Shown: positions 1 through 9,427, numbered from the stretch's first letter. The stretch: 64,000 nt of DNA from Pseudomonadales bacterium (GCA_965204215.1 CBDBDZ010000014.1:1324588-1388587); one strand, 5' to 3'. Numbers and translations: made by a program. The notes: generated from the letters alone by a model not told the origin.

Positions 1-211
1 AAAATATCTATTTAAAAGCCTACGACACAGTCCCTGAAGTACGAGCTGGTATTGATGAGTATTTTCGTTTCTTTAACGAAGACAGACGGCATCAAAATTT
101 GAAGAGGAGACAAACTCCCGATCAGATTTATTATGCCAATTTAACGCTGCCTAAAGCAGCATAAACCTGTCCAAAATATTTCTTAAGCCTCTGTCTGAAA
201 AATGGGGTCCA
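1..211 (+). mobile_element. Right end of an IS3-family insertion sequence (partial; end position approximate)
   Basis: The transposase 3' end is followed by about 47 nt ending ...AATGGGGTCCA. IS3-family right ends typically terminate in CA. The boundary is inferred, not proven. Confidence 0.4.
3..164 (+). CDS. IS3-family transposase (OrfB, integrase-core type), C-terminal fragment truncated by the window edge
   Basis: Frame-3 translation is NIYLKAYDTVPEVRAGIDEYFRFFNEDRRHQNLKRRQTPDQIYYANLTLPKAA*. The tail pattern (Y..FYN..R.H..L...TP...Y) is typical of IS3-type DDE transposases. Confidence 0.6.
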   Translation, partial: NIYLKAYDTVPEVRAGIDEYFRFFNEDRRHQNLKRRQTPDQIYYANLTLPKAA

Positions 212-335
212 TTTCTGAATTAACTGGGGTTCCGAGTTCGAATCCTTAAGTACCAGACTAAAGCAAAGAACAACTGCTAAATTTTCTGGTACATGATACT
301 ATACGCGCCTTATTAAATTTGATTATCTTTCGTTA

Positions 336-881
336 ATGGGCATTGCCACACAACTGACTTTTATGCGTATTGTCCTTATACCATTTTTAGTGATGGCATT
401 CTATTGGCAATCACCCTGGAGTTATTTGCTCTGCGCGTTAATCTACAGTGCTGCAGCAATTTCTGATTGGTTAGACGGTTATTTGGCACGCAAGTTACAA
501 GAAGAAAGTCCCTTTGGTGCATTTCTAGACCCTGTAGCCGATAAACTTATTGTTATTGTGGCGTTAGTATTATTAGTTGAAAGGCATCAGGACATTTTTA
601 TCACCATTCCTGTGATGCTAATTATTACACGCGAAGTTATCGTTACTTCGTTACGGCAGTGGATGGCGCAGCTACTAATGGAAGATAAGGTAAGTGTTTC
701 AAGGCTGGGGAAATGGAAAACCGGGTTTCAAATTGCCGCTATTATTGTTATGTTGTTGTTTAATATTCAATTCTATCCGATCATGCATAATATAGGGGTA
801 ATATTGTTGTATATTGCAACGTCACTAGCACTTTGGTCCATGATTAAATATTTACGTCAGGCCTCTATTCCAATAAAATAG
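336..881 (+). CDS. pgsA: CDP-diacylglycerol--glycerol-3-phosphate 3-phosphatidyltransferase
   Basis: 181-aa multi-TM protein carrying the CDP-alcohol phosphatidyltransferase motif [11 protein letters not shown]...[11 protein letters not shown]. Confidence 0.9.
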   Translation: MGIATQLTFMRIVLIPFLVMAFYWQSPWSYLLCALIYSAAAISDWLDGYLARKLQEESPFGAFLDPVADKLIVIVALVLLVERHQDIFITIPVMLIITREVIVTSLRQWMAQLLMEDKVSVSRLGKWKTGFQIAAIIVMLLFNIQFYPIMHNIGVILLYIATSLALWSMIKYLRQASIPIK

Positions 882-885
882 AGCA

Positions 886-3246
886 ATGAGTGTTATAGCA
901 GGCGAAAGTAAAATTCGCATTCGGAAAATTTTAAGTCAAGGGGCAATGTTTTTGTGGGTGGTGCTCTGTTTATACCTGGTTATATCGCTACTTAGTTTTG
1001 ATAATGGTGATGCAGGCTGGTCGATAACAGGCTCTAACGACTATATCCAAAATGCAGGAGGGCAATTAGGTGCGTTACTAGCTGATATTTGTTATTCACT
1101 GATTGGTTATATGGCAGGGTTAATTCCACTGCTTATCCTGCTGAAAGTAATTCGCCTGTTTAGACAATCAGGCGACGAGGAGTGTTCCTCCGATTGGATA
1201 GATTTCACTATTCATTCCAGCGGAGCAGTTTTGATGATGATAAGCGGTACTATCATTGCTGAATATAATTGGTCACAATCCACCTGGCTGGGTTTTGAGA
1301 TGCCGATGGGCAGTGGGGGCATTTTAGGGTCATTAATGGCAGGAACGGCATTATCGGCGTTGGGTAATCAAGGTGCTAACTTAATATTATTTTCTATCTT
1401 TTTATTTGGCATTACGATTTTTACTGATTTGTCATGGCTGAAAATAGCCGATAAACTAGGCGTTATTATTTTGAATTTTTACCAGAAGCAGGCACTAAAA
1501 GTTAAACAAAAAATGGAGCTTCGCCGACGAGAACAGCAACATGAGAATGTTATTCAAAAGCGTGAAGCATCGCTTGCACCCAAACGTGAAAAGTTTGCTA
1601 AACGCGCGCCAGCCAGAATTGAACCTTTGGTTGAAAAAAACGAAATAGGCAAGAATGCTGAGCAACAGCAAGTACAAACAAGCTTATTTGCTTCAACCAT
1701 TGTTCCAGGGATGAACAGCTTGCCCGATTTGGATTTGTTAGAGTCCAGTGAGAACGATGAAAAGAAAGGGTATTCACCTCAATCGTTAGAGGCATTATCC
1801 AAACAATTAGAGTTAAAGCTGGCTGATTTTGGTATACAAGCGGAAGTTATGTCGATATTGCCAGGACCTGTGGTAACACGTTTTGAAATACAGCCCGCTG
1901 CTGGTGTGAAAGCCAGCCGAATAACAAGTATTAGCAGTGATATAGCGCGCTCACTTGCAGTAATATCGGTTCGCGTGGTTGAAGTGATACCAGGTAAATC
2001 TTTTGTAGGTATTGAAATCCCGAATGAACAACGTGAAATGGTCAGGTTGCGTGATATTGTTGCTTCTAAAATTTTTGAGGAAAGTGCATCACCCTTAACA
2101 TTGGCAATGGGGCATGATATTTCGGGTATGGCGGTCGTAGCCGACCTGGGCAAAATGCCGCATACGTTAGTGGCAGGAACTACGGGTTCGGGTAAATCCG
2201 TAGCTGTTAATGCAATGCTGCTTAGCTTACTTTATAAAGCCACGCCAGAGCAGGTACGTTTAATACTAATTGATCCTAAAATGTTGGAATTATCAGTGTA
2301 TGAAGGTATCCCACATTTGTTAACCCCGGTTATTACTGATATGAAAGATGCTGCCAATGGATTGCGTTGGTCTGTTGGTGAAATGGAGCGACGTTATAAG
2401 TTAATGGCGCAATTGGGCGTTCGCAATTTGACTGGCTATAATCGCAAGGTGAAAGAAGCTATTAATAATGGAGAGCCTATGCAGGACCCATTGTGGAAAC
2501 CATCCGAGGCGGATATAACTTACTATCAATCGCAAGGTGAGGATGTACCACACCCAACTCTGGAGACATTGCCATCCATTGTGATAGTGATTGACGAGTT
2601 TGCTGATATGATGATGATAGTCGGCAAGAAAGTTGAACAATTAATTGCACGAATTGCCCAAAAAGCCAGAGCTGCTGGAATACATTTGGTATTAGCTACA
2701 CAAAGACCTTCAGTGGATGTAATTACGGGATTAATTAAAGCCAATATTCCAACGCGAATGGCATTTCAGGTTTCCTCACGTATTGACTCACGTACTATAT
2801 TGGATCAAGGTGGTGCGGAACAACTATTAGGTCATGGCGATATGTTGTTTTTGCCAGCAGGCACTAGTGTGCCGCAAAGAGTACACGGTGCTTTTGTGGA
2901 TGACCATGAAGTGCATAAGGTGGTATCTGATTGGAAAGCAAGAGGTGAACCCCAATACCTTGAAGCCATTACAGATGAAGCCAGTGTTGAAAACATTATG
3001 GTGCCGGGGGTGAAAGAAGACGGAGGCTCCTCTGATGATAATGGCGAAACAGATAGTCTCTATGATGAGGCAGTAGAATTTGTCTGTCAGTCGCGCAAAG
3101 CCTCTATTTCATCGGTACAGCGTAAGCTTCGTGTTGGCTATAATCGTGCTGCGCGACTGATTGAAACCATGGAAGAAGCGGGCCTGGTATCGCCAATGGG
3201 CAGTAATGGTAATCGCGAAGTATTAGCACCTTCTCCTGGAGAATAG
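886..3246 (+). CDS. ftsK: DNA translocase FtsK
   Basis: 786 aa with N-terminal TM segments and a charged linker. The motor domain has Walker A GTTGSGKS and LATQRPS. The C-terminal gamma winged helix reads [30 protein letters not shown]. Confidence 0.95.
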   Translation: MSVIAGESKIRIRKILSQGAMFLWVVLCLYLVISLLSFDNGDAGWSITGSNDYIQNAGGQLGALLADICYSLIGYMAGLIPLLILLKVIRLFRQSGDEECSSDWIDFTIHSSGAVLMMISGTIIAEYNWSQSTWLGFEMPMGSGGILGSLMAGTALSALGNQGANLILFSIFLFGITIFTDLSWLKIADKLGVIILNFYQKQALKVKQKMELRRREQQHENVIQKREASLAPKREKFAKRAPARIEPLVEKNEIGKNAEQQQVQTSLFASTIVPGMNSLPDLDLLESSENDEKKGYSPQSLEALSKQLELKLADFGIQAEVMSILPGPVVTRFEIQPAAGVKASRITSISSDIARSLAVISVRVVEVIPGKSFVGIEIPNEQREMVRLRDIVASKIFEESASPLTLAMGHDISGMAVVADLGKMPHTLVAGTTGSGKSVAVNAMLLSLLYKATPEQVRLILIDPKMLELSVYEGIPHLLTPVITDMKDAANGLRWSVGEMERRYKLMAQLGVRNLTGYNRKVKEAINNGEPMQDPLWKPSEADITYYQSQGEDVPHPTLETLPSIVIVIDEFADMMMIVGKKVEQLIARIAQKARAAGIHLVLATQRPSVDVITGLIKANIPTRMAFQVSSRIDSRTILDQGGAEQLLGHGDMLFLPAGTSVPQRVHGAFVDDHEVHKVVSDWKARGEPQYLEAITDEASVENIMVPGVKEDGGSSDDNGETDSLYDEAVEFVCQSRKASISSVQRKLRVGYNRAARLIETMEEAGLVSPMGSNGNREVLAPSPGE

Positions 3247-3247
3247 A

Positions 3248-3943
3248 GTGAAAATAAAAGGTTGCCTAAACAACAGAAGCCAAACTAAAGTATGGCATTT
3301 TATAACATTAAGTTTACTATTAATAATACCCGATTTGTTTTCAGTAGCCAATGCCTCGAAAAACGAAGCATTAGAGCATTTTCAGAATTTAATGAGCCAA
3401 TACTTTCAATTCTCAGGAGCGTTTTCGCAAACAACCCGGACAGCCGAAGGTGAAGCTGTTATGGAGCAGGAAGGCTTGTTTATGCTACAGCAACCGAATA
3501 AACTTTATTGGAAAACAAAGCAACCCTGGGAGCAATTGTTAGTTAGTAATGGGCAGCATATATGGCTATATGACAAAGATTTGGAACAGGTTGTTATTCG
3601 CTCAGCATCTGATACAGAACTACAACAAACCCCTGCTATGTTACTATTTGGCAATACACAAATTATTGAAAGCCATTATAAAGTACAGTACGTAGCTACT
3701 ACGGATAACGAACAAATCTTTATCTTTACGCCTCAAGAGCAGATGGATAATCAGCAACTACCCTTAGGAATTAGTCGTATTGTTTTCACCTTTACTGAAA
3801 ACGCTCCTGGTTCTATTGAATTTGATGATGCGTTGCAGCAACGCACTATTATCAAACTGAAGCAATTATCGCAGGAACAAACTATAGATACTTCAATTTT
3901 TGAATTTCAAATACCGGAAGGTACTGAAGTTATAACACAGTAG
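3248..3943 (+). CDS. lolA: Outer-membrane lipoprotein carrier protein LolA (GTG start)
   Basis: Has a signal peptide. The segment LYWKTKQPWEQLLVSNGQHIWLYDKDLEQV matches the LolA core. The gene sits in the conserved ftsK-lolA-rarA position. Confidence 0.82.
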   Translation: MKIKGCLNNRSQTKVWHFITLSLLLIIPDLFSVANASKNEALEHFQNLMSQYFQFSGAFSQTTRTAEGEAVMEQEGLFMLQQPNKLYWKTKQPWEQLLVSNGQHIWLYDKDLEQVVIRSASDTELQQTPAMLLFGNTQIIESHYKVQYVATTDNEQIFIFTPQEQMDNQQLPLGISRIVFTFTENAPGSIEFDDALQQRTIIKLKQLSQEQTIDTSIFEFQIPEGTEVITQ

Positions 3944-3945
3944 AG

Positions 3946-5214
3946 ATGCCCACAACCCTATTTGAACCACTTGCTGCAAGGCAGCGCCCTGACCGGCTTG
4001 AGGGCTTTGTTGGGCAAGAGCATTTGCTGGGGCAGGGGAAACCACTGCATACATCATTGACAAGTGGAATCATCCACTCACTTATTTTGTGGGGACCTTC
4101 AGGTGTCGGGAAAACGACATTGGCTAAAATGATGGCGCATTATGCCAGTGCGGAATTTATGAGTCTGTCAGCAGTAATGTCAGGTGTTAAAGATATTCGT
4201 TCTATTATGCACATTGCAGAACAACGTCAGCAAGTCCATCAACAAAAGACTTTGCTATTTATTGATGAAGTGCATCGATTTAACAAATCACAACAAGATG
4301 CGTTTTTGCCTTATATTGAACAAGGCGTTGTTACCTTCATTGGAGCAACCACTGAAAACCCATCATTTGAATTAAATAATGCGCTGTTGTCGCGGGCTAG
4401 AGTTTATGTATTAAAGCCATTAACACCTGAAAATTTGCAATGTATTATTGGCAACGCGTTAGAAGCTAACCAATGGGATAATCATTTATCTCACGAACAA
4501 ATCAAACTCATTGCCCAGGCAGCCGATGGCGATGCACGTCGTGCATTAAATTTTGTCGAAATTTTGATGGATTTTGATAAAATAGATAATGATACATTCC
4601 TGAGCATTCTGGGCGATGGCAACAGACGTTTTGACAAAGGCGGTGATCAGTTTTACGACCAAATATCAGCATTACATAAATCCGTACGTGGTTCAGACCC
4701 TGACGCAGCACTTTATTGGTTGTGTAGAATGCTGGATGGCGGTTGTGACCCATTGTATCTGGCAAGGCGACTGGTACGTATGGCAGTGGAAGATATTGGC
4801 AATGCAGACCCTAGAGCTTTACAACTTTGCACTGATGCCGCGCAGGCGTATGAGCGTTTAGGCAGCCCAGAGGGTGAATTAGCACTGGCACAAGCGGCTA
4901 TTTATTTAGCGGTGGCAGCCAAAAGCAATGCTGTTTACACAGCGTATAACAGTGTAAATCATGACATCCGCCAGCAGCCCAGTTATGAAGTGCCCAAACA
5001 TTTACGCAATGCACCGACCAAATTAATGAAAAGTCTGGATCACGGGAAAGATTATCGCTATGCTCATAATGAGGCTAATGCCTTCGTAGACGGAGAAAAT
5101 TATTTTCCTGAAGGTATGCAAAAGCCGACTTATTACAAGCCGACAGATAGGGGGTTAGAGCAAAAAATTAAAGCCAAATTAATATTTTTAAATGAGCAAA
5201 ATAACAAAGCGTAA
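3946..5214 (+). CDS. rarA: Replication-associated recombination protein A (AAA+ ATPase RarA/MgsA)
   Basis: 422 aa with Walker A GPSGVGKTT and Walker B LFIDEVHRFNK. The C-terminal MgsA domain includes HKSVRGSDPDAALYWL and LRNAPTKLMK. Confidence 0.93.
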   Translation: MPTTLFEPLAARQRPDRLEGFVGQEHLLGQGKPLHTSLTSGIIHSLILWGPSGVGKTTLAKMMAHYASAEFMSLSAVMSGVKDIRSIMHIAEQRQQVHQQKTLLFIDEVHRFNKSQQDAFLPYIEQGVVTFIGATTENPSFELNNALLSRARVYVLKPLTPENLQCIIGNALEANQWDNHLSHEQIKLIAQAADGDARRALNFVEILMDFDKIDNDTFLSILGDGNRRFDKGGDQFYDQISALHKSVRGSDPDAALYWLCRMLDGGCDPLYLARRLVRMAVEDIGNADPRALQLCTDAAQAYERLGSPEGELALAQAAIYLAVAAKSNAVYTAYNSVNHDIRQQPSYEVPKHLRNAPTKLMKSLDHGKDYRYAHNEANAFVDGENYFPEGMQKPTYYKPTDRGLEQKIKAKLIFLNEQNNKA

Positions 5215-5896
5215 TGCTTTTAGAAATCCTGTTGCGAAATATGCTCGTACATTTAACAAAGCATCGGTGTATGTTGATCGCAAAAAAACTGCGAAATTAG
5301 ATATAGGGAAAAGTAAAGTACAGATTAATTCTAAACTGGAAAGACAAATTAATATCATCGGAGGAACGCATCGCAGCCGTAAAATAACATTCCTTGAGCA
5401 AGAAGGCTTAAGACCTACGGGCAGTCGCATTCGTGAAACCCTGTTTAATTGGCTCGACCCTTACATTGAAGGTGCCAGGGTACTGGATTTATTTGCAGGT
5501 TCTGGTATTTTGGGTTTTGAAGCTTCTTCAAGAAGAGCCAAACAAGTGATATTGATAGAGAACAATAATTTAACCTGCCATTATTTGCAAAAAACTATTG
5601 ATGAATTAGCCCTTGCCAATGTCTCGTTACAGAATGATGATGCCCAAAATTACCTGGAACATCTACCTGAAGAAGGTTTTGATATTATATTATTAGACCC
5701 ACCTTTTGATTTAGCCATACAAGAGCCGATACTGGACTTGATAATTGCTAAAGAAGGGTTAAAACCGAAAGGCTTGATTTATGTTGAAACCATTAAAAAT
5801 CAACCCCTTCGCTACAGTCACCAGTACCAGTTACTTAAAGAAAAGTCGAGTGGCAATGTTAAATTTTATTTATTACAATTAGAGAGTTTTGCATAA
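5192..5896 (+). CDS. rsmD: 16S rRNA (guanine966-N2)-methyltransferase RsmD with a ~50-aa basic N-terminal extension
   Basis: The core IIGGTHRSRKITF..GLRPTGSRIRETLFNWL..LDLFAGSGILGFEASSRRA..LLDPPF aligns with E. coli RsmD. The ATG at 5192 overlaps the rarA 3' end by 23 nt, and an alternative in-frame GTG lies at 5267. The last codons and the stop lie inside a repeat element. Confidence 0.85.
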   Translation: MSKITKRNAFRNPVAKYARTFNKASVYVDRKKTAKLDIGKSKVQINSKLERQINIIGGTHRSRKITFLEQEGLRPTGSRIRETLFNWLDPYIEGARVLDLFAGSGILGFEASSRRAKQVILIENNNLTCHYLQKTIDELALANVSLQNDDAQNYLEHLPEEGFDIILLDPPFDLAIQEPILDLIIAKEGLKPKGLIYVETIKNQPLRYSHQYQLLKEKSSGNVKFYLLQLESFA

Positions 5897-6276
5897 TTAC
5901 TGCGCTCGCTGCGCTCGTTAATACAGCGTTAAATTTTCGCTCAAAATGCTCATTTACTGCCAGTAAACTCCGCTTTTTCGTTCAAATTTGCCTTGTCTTG
6001 ACATCGCTCGTGACATTATCCTAGATTCCGTAGTTGAACCTGGAATTTACAGTTATTTTCAGGAAATAATGCAAGGCATGGCTTGCAGGTAATGGTTGTA
6101 GCCCTTACCAAAAGCCATAACGCAGCAGTGTGAACTGAAAAGGGCTGTAAAGCCAGGTAGCGGTTTGTAATTCACTTATGAAGTGAATCGAAGAATAAGC
6201 GTTTATCAATAACATTCAAACTCTTAGAAGTGAAATTAGCGTTCAACTGCGGAATCTAGGATTATGCAAAGCTCTC
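5882..6276. mobile_element. MITE-A: palindromic non-coding element (~155 bp without its insert), interrupted by a second MITE
   Basis: The left end GAGAGTTTTGCATAATTACTGCGCTCG is the inverted counterpart of the right end CGCTCGTGACATTAT[insert]GCAAAGCTCTC. Arms of the same element recur at 17662, 18211 and 19538. Confidence 0.65.
6020..6260. mobile_element. MITE-B: 241-bp element with 20-bp terminal inverted repeats and a 5-bp ATTAT target duplication
   Basis: CCTAGATTCCGTAGTTGAAC at 6020-6039 is the inverted counterpart of GTTCAACTGCGGAATCTAGG at 6241-6260, with one mismatch. ATTAT flanks both sides (6015-6019 and 6261-6265). Removing the element restores a MITE-A arm. Confidence 0.75.
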
Positions 6277-6284
6277 TAAATATT

Positions 6285-6313
6285 AATAAAATACGCAAGA
6301 GCGATATTTTATT
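6285..6313. repeat. Rep-D hairpin repeat, copy 1 (AATAAAATA-N11-TATTTTATT)
   Basis: AATAAAATACGCAAGAGCGATATTTTATT lies just 3' of aceA. Near-identical copies occur at 19904 and 25812. Confidence 0.55.
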
Positions 6314-6327
6314 GCGAAATCAATAAC

Positions 6328-7872
6328 CTAAAACTGATTCATGGTATTGTCAGCACCACCAGCTTTAAGAGCCTGGTCGCCAGAAAAGTACTCTTTATGG
6401 ACGTCGCCAATATTTGAACCAGCCATATCCTGGTGTTTAACACAAGCTAATTGCTGTCTGATTTCTTCGCGCTGAACCTTCTTTACATAAGCCAGCATGG
6501 CTTCATCTCCAAAATAACCTTTAGCCAGGTTGTCTGTAGAAAGGGCAGCGGTGTGGTAGGTGGGCAAGGTTATCAAATGATGAAAAATTCCAGCTTCGCG
6601 TGATCCATCTCTTTGGAATAATCTAATTTTTTCATCAGCAGCTTGTGATAATTCGCTATCGTCATAACAGACATTCATTAAATCGCTTCGGTCATAAGCA
6701 GACAAGTCTTTGCCAGCATCAGTCCAGTTGTCAAAAATTTGTTGTCTGAAATTTAATGTCCAGTTAAAGGAAGGTGAGTTGTTATAAACCAGTTTGGCAT
6801 TGGGTACTTCTTGCTTAACACCGTTTATCAATTCAGCAATTTGTTGCACATGAGGCTTTTCAGTTTCAATCCAAAGCAAGTCTGCACCGTGCTGTAAACT
6901 GGTGATGCAATCAAGAATTACGCGGTCTTTGTTAGTGCCATCGCGAAATTTGAATAAACCATTGGGCAGACGCGTGGGTTTCTGCAGCTTGCCGTTGCGT
7001 TTAATCAATAATTCACCATCGGTTATGTCATCCATCTCCACTTCCTGGGTTTCCAGAAAATCAATATATTTTGAAGCTAAATCCCCCGCTTGTTGCGAGA
7101 CAGGAATTTTTTGGGTTAAAGTGGCTCCTAATGAATCGGTGCGCGCAACAATAACGCCATCGTTAACGCCTAGTTCAAGAAAAGCATAGCGAACAGCCTT
7201 GATTTTAGCCAAAAAATCTTCATGCGGTACAGTGACTTTGCCGTCCTGATGTCCACATTGTTTGGCATCGGATACCTGATTTTCAATTTGAATACAACAA
7301 GCGCCAGCTTCAATCATTTTTTTGGCTAGTAAATATGTGGCTTCTTCATTGCCAAAGCCTGCGTCGATGTCGGCAACAATAGGTACAACATGGGTTTGAA
7401 AATTGTCAATTTGCTGTTGAATATTTTCCTCCGTTTGTTTATCTTTATTGTTTCGTGAGGCATCCAGAGCGTCAAACAAATGGTTTAGCTCTCTGGCATC
7501 AGCTTGCTTTAAAAAGTCATAAATTTCTTTAATCAAATCAGGGACTGATGTTTTTTCATGCATAGACTGGTCAGGAAGCGGACCAAATTCAGAGCGCATA
7601 GCTGCCACCATCCAGCCAGACAGGTACAGGTAGCGCTTCTGAGTGGATTGGAAATGCTTTTTGATAGCAATCATTTTTTGTTGAGCGACAAAGCCGTGCC
7701 AGCAACCTAAAGATTGTGTATAATTTGCAGAATCAGCATCATATGCTGCCATGTCACGACGCATAATCGAGGCAGTGTATTTGGCAATATCTATGCCGGA
7801 AGTAAAGCGATTTTGCAATCGCATGCGGTTGACTATTTCTGGGTCAATTGAATGATTAAATGAATTTGACAT
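6328..7872 (-). CDS. aceA: Isocitrate lyase (long-form, ~514 aa)
   Basis: Contains the ICL catalytic signature K-x-CGH (DAKQCGHQDGK). The PEP-mutase/ICL fold motifs IVADIDAGFGN and ARTDS are present. Confidence 0.9.
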   Translation of the reverse strand: MSNSFNHSIDPEIVNRMRLQNRFTSGIDIAKYTASIMRRDMAAYDADSANYTQSLGCWHGFVAQQKMIAIKKHFQSTQKRYLYLSGWMVAAMRSEFGPLPDQSMHEKTSVPDLIKEIYDFLKQADARELNHLFDALDASRNNKDKQTEENIQQQIDNFQTHVVPIVADIDAGFGNEEATYLLAKKMIEAGACCIQIENQVSDAKQCGHQDGKVTVPHEDFLAKIKAVRYAFLELGVNDGVIVARTDSLGATLTQKIPVSQQAGDLASKYIDFLETQEVEMDDITDGELLIKRNGKLQKPTRLPNGLFKFRDGTNKDRVILDCITSLQHGADLLWIETEKPHVQQIAELINGVKQEVPNAKLVYNNSPSFNWTLNFRQQIFDNWTDAGKDLSAYDRSDLMNVCYDDSELSQAADEKIRLFQRDGSREAGIFHHLITLPTYHTAALSTDNLAKGYFGDEAMLAYVKKVQREEIRQQLACVKHQDMAGSNIGDVHKEYFSGDQALKAGGADNTMNQF

Positions 7873-7983
7873 CTTGTAAGAATTACTGAGTTAAAGATGT
7901 CAGGAATTCTAATGATTCAAATTCTATTTAGCAAATTTATAAAATGAATCTTTAATATTTGCAAAAATTATATTTGCTCTTTT

Positions 7984-8010
7984 AAACCCAAATTATGCAT
8001 AATCTGGGTT
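7984..8010. repeat. Rep-E motif, palindromic copy (AACCCAAATTATGCATAATCTGGGTT)
   Basis: 27-bp near-perfect palindrome. Read on the minus strand it starts with the TAA stop of the 8009-8611 gene (TAACCCAGATTATGCAT). Confidence 0.55.
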
Positions 8011-8611
8011 AAAGCTCATTCTCGTCTTGTACTTGAGAACTTTGCTCATGGTCATGTAGATCATCCAGTACAATAGTCAAATCATCAGGGTAAGAAGTCA
8101 CTATGTATAAACCAGACTCAGCATCTAACTTATATAATGTATCATAGGCATAGTGATATTCTTCGCCTGCATTGATAATTTTAATACTCTTTTCCGGTAA
8201 TTCTTCAATAGTTGCTCCAATAGGGGCTTCAACAGGGAAATATAGCCCACTTCTGCGTCGAAAATAAGAACCGTGTGAGTAATAATAACGTTTTCCGTCA
8301 AATTTCATTTTAGTGTAGGGCTTTTCGATACGTCGATAACCTGGGTGGTCATAAAAACCTATACGATGACTAAAAGATGGGTAGTAAAAGTGATTAAAAC
8401 TTTTTCGGTGGTGAAAAAAACGAGAAGATCCAAAACCCCTGTGTCCAAAAAAACGGCCTCCATAGTGATTGTAGTGGCTAAATCCATAGGGAGAGAAATG
8501 TTTAAAGTGTCTTTTACCGTTTGCCATCAATGAAGAACTGAACACTAAACTTAGTAATAAAAGGCTTGCGACAAGCGTTAATTTGTATAATAGTGGTTTC
8601 AACATAATCAT
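8009..8611 (-). CDS. Hypothetical secreted protein with a His/Phe/Tyr/Arg/Gly-rich N-terminal half and an acidic tail
   Basis: 200-aa ORF with a clear signal peptide (LLLLSLVFSSSLMA). A low-complexity segment reads HFKHFSPYGFSHYNHYGGRFFGHRGFGSSRFFHHRKSFNHFYYPSFSH. I recognise no family with confidence. Confidence 0.55.
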   Translation of the reverse strand: MIMLKPLLYKLTLVASLLLLSLVFSSSLMANGKRHFKHFSPYGFSHYNHYGGRFFGHRGFGSSRFFHHRKSFNHFYYPSFSHRIGFYDHPGYRRIEKPYTKMKFDGKRYYYSHGSYFRRRSGLYFPVEAPIGATIEELPEKSIKIINAGEEYHYAYDTLYKLDAESGLYIVTSYPDDLTIVLDDLHDHEQSSQVQDENEL

Positions 8612-8655
8612 CTCTGGGTAGTTAGCAATAAATCTTCGACAAATTTAAAATTATT

Positions 8656-9249
8656 TTGGTTCATTATAACTCGATTCATTGCTGTGTTTTAGGGGCTGGC
8701 GCATCAAGCCGTTTTGGTTCTGTCAAGCAACTATATCCTATTGACGGGATTTCGATGATGGATAGGGCATTATTTAATTTACAAACGGTTAAGAGTCATT
8801 TTATAAACTGTTATACATCGGTGATATTGGGTGCCCATTATACGCTGATTCAGCCTGCCATTAAGAGGCAATGTAAAATACAGTCAACTGACATTTTATA
8901 CAATGCTAACTGGCAACAAGGCATCTCAAGTTCCATTCATATAGCAGTGAAACACAGCATGGATAAAGGTTGTAATGGGTTATTAATTACTTTGGCTGAT
9001 CAACCTTATATTGCTGCTGAAGAATTGATCGCATTACTTAAATCAGGTTTGGCAAATAATATTGCAGCGGCTGAGTATGGAGATAGAGTAGGGGTACCTG
9101 CCTATTTTGATAGTAGTTATTTTTCACGGCTATTAATATTGCAGGGCGATTTAGGGGCTGGTAAGTTACTCAATAACGAAAAAGTGCGGAGATGCAAGTT
9201 CAATAATTTAAGTGATATGGACAGGTCGCCTGAGACCTTTTTGCAATAA
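8656..9249 (+). CDS. MobA/MocA-like nucleotidyltransferase (molybdenum cofactor cytidylyl/guanylyl-transferase family), TTG start
   Basis: N-terminal VLGAGASSRFGSVKQL matches the GxGxSxRxG...K NTP-transferase loop. LITLADQPYI matches the DQP motif. The C-terminus ends around DMDRSPE. Confidence 0.7.
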   Translation: MVHYNSIHCCVLGAGASSRFGSVKQLYPIDGISMMDRALFNLQTVKSHFINCYTSVILGAHYTLIQPAIKRQCKIQSTDILYNANWQQGISSSIHIAVKHSMDKGCNGLLITLADQPYIAAEELIALLKSGLANNIAAAEYGDRVGVPAYFDSSYFSRLLILQGDLGAGKLLNNEKVRRCKFNNLSDMDRSPETFLQ

Positions 9250-9427
9250 AATCTTTTTTATTACAAAAATCTCGACCTACATCACCCAATTAATAATGCG
9301 CTCTTCTAACTCGTCAGGGTGATAGTGCTCTTCACTGATAAATTTACCTTTCATTGATATGCCAGCATCAATAACACTTTGAGGGGTTTTGCTAATTAAA
9401 GGGTGCCAATCAAATAACGGTTTACCT
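8950..9427. repeat. 478-bp direct duplication flanking the IS1634-family element, left copy
   Basis: Aligns base for base with 11320-11797 at an offset of 2370. I found only two mismatches (9226 T vs 11596 C; 9327 G vs 11697 A). It abuts the left IS terminus directly. Confidence 0.9.
9277..9427 (-). pseudogene. Duplicated 3' fragment of the ycgN-like gene (copy inside the left direct repeat)
   Basis: This is the 9277-9427 copy of 11647-11797 within the 478-bp direct repeat (offset 2370). It is truncated at the IS boundary, so it has no start codon. Confidence 0.75.

Noticed and set aside
225-262. tRNA-like T-loop box (GGTTCCGAGTTCGAATCC) next to the IS3 end, possibly a tRNA gene or fragment
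   Set aside because: The flanking bases do not form a T-stem (CCGAG vs CCTTA). I could not fold any acceptor or anticodon arm on either strand. At best it is a degenerate remnant.
1495-2744. Minus-strand ORFs of 60-124 aa inside ftsK, and similar small ORFs inside rarA, aceA, the transposase, leuS, holA, pyrC and others
   Set aside because: They are fully embedded antisense or out of frame within strongly supported genes, and they have no motifs.
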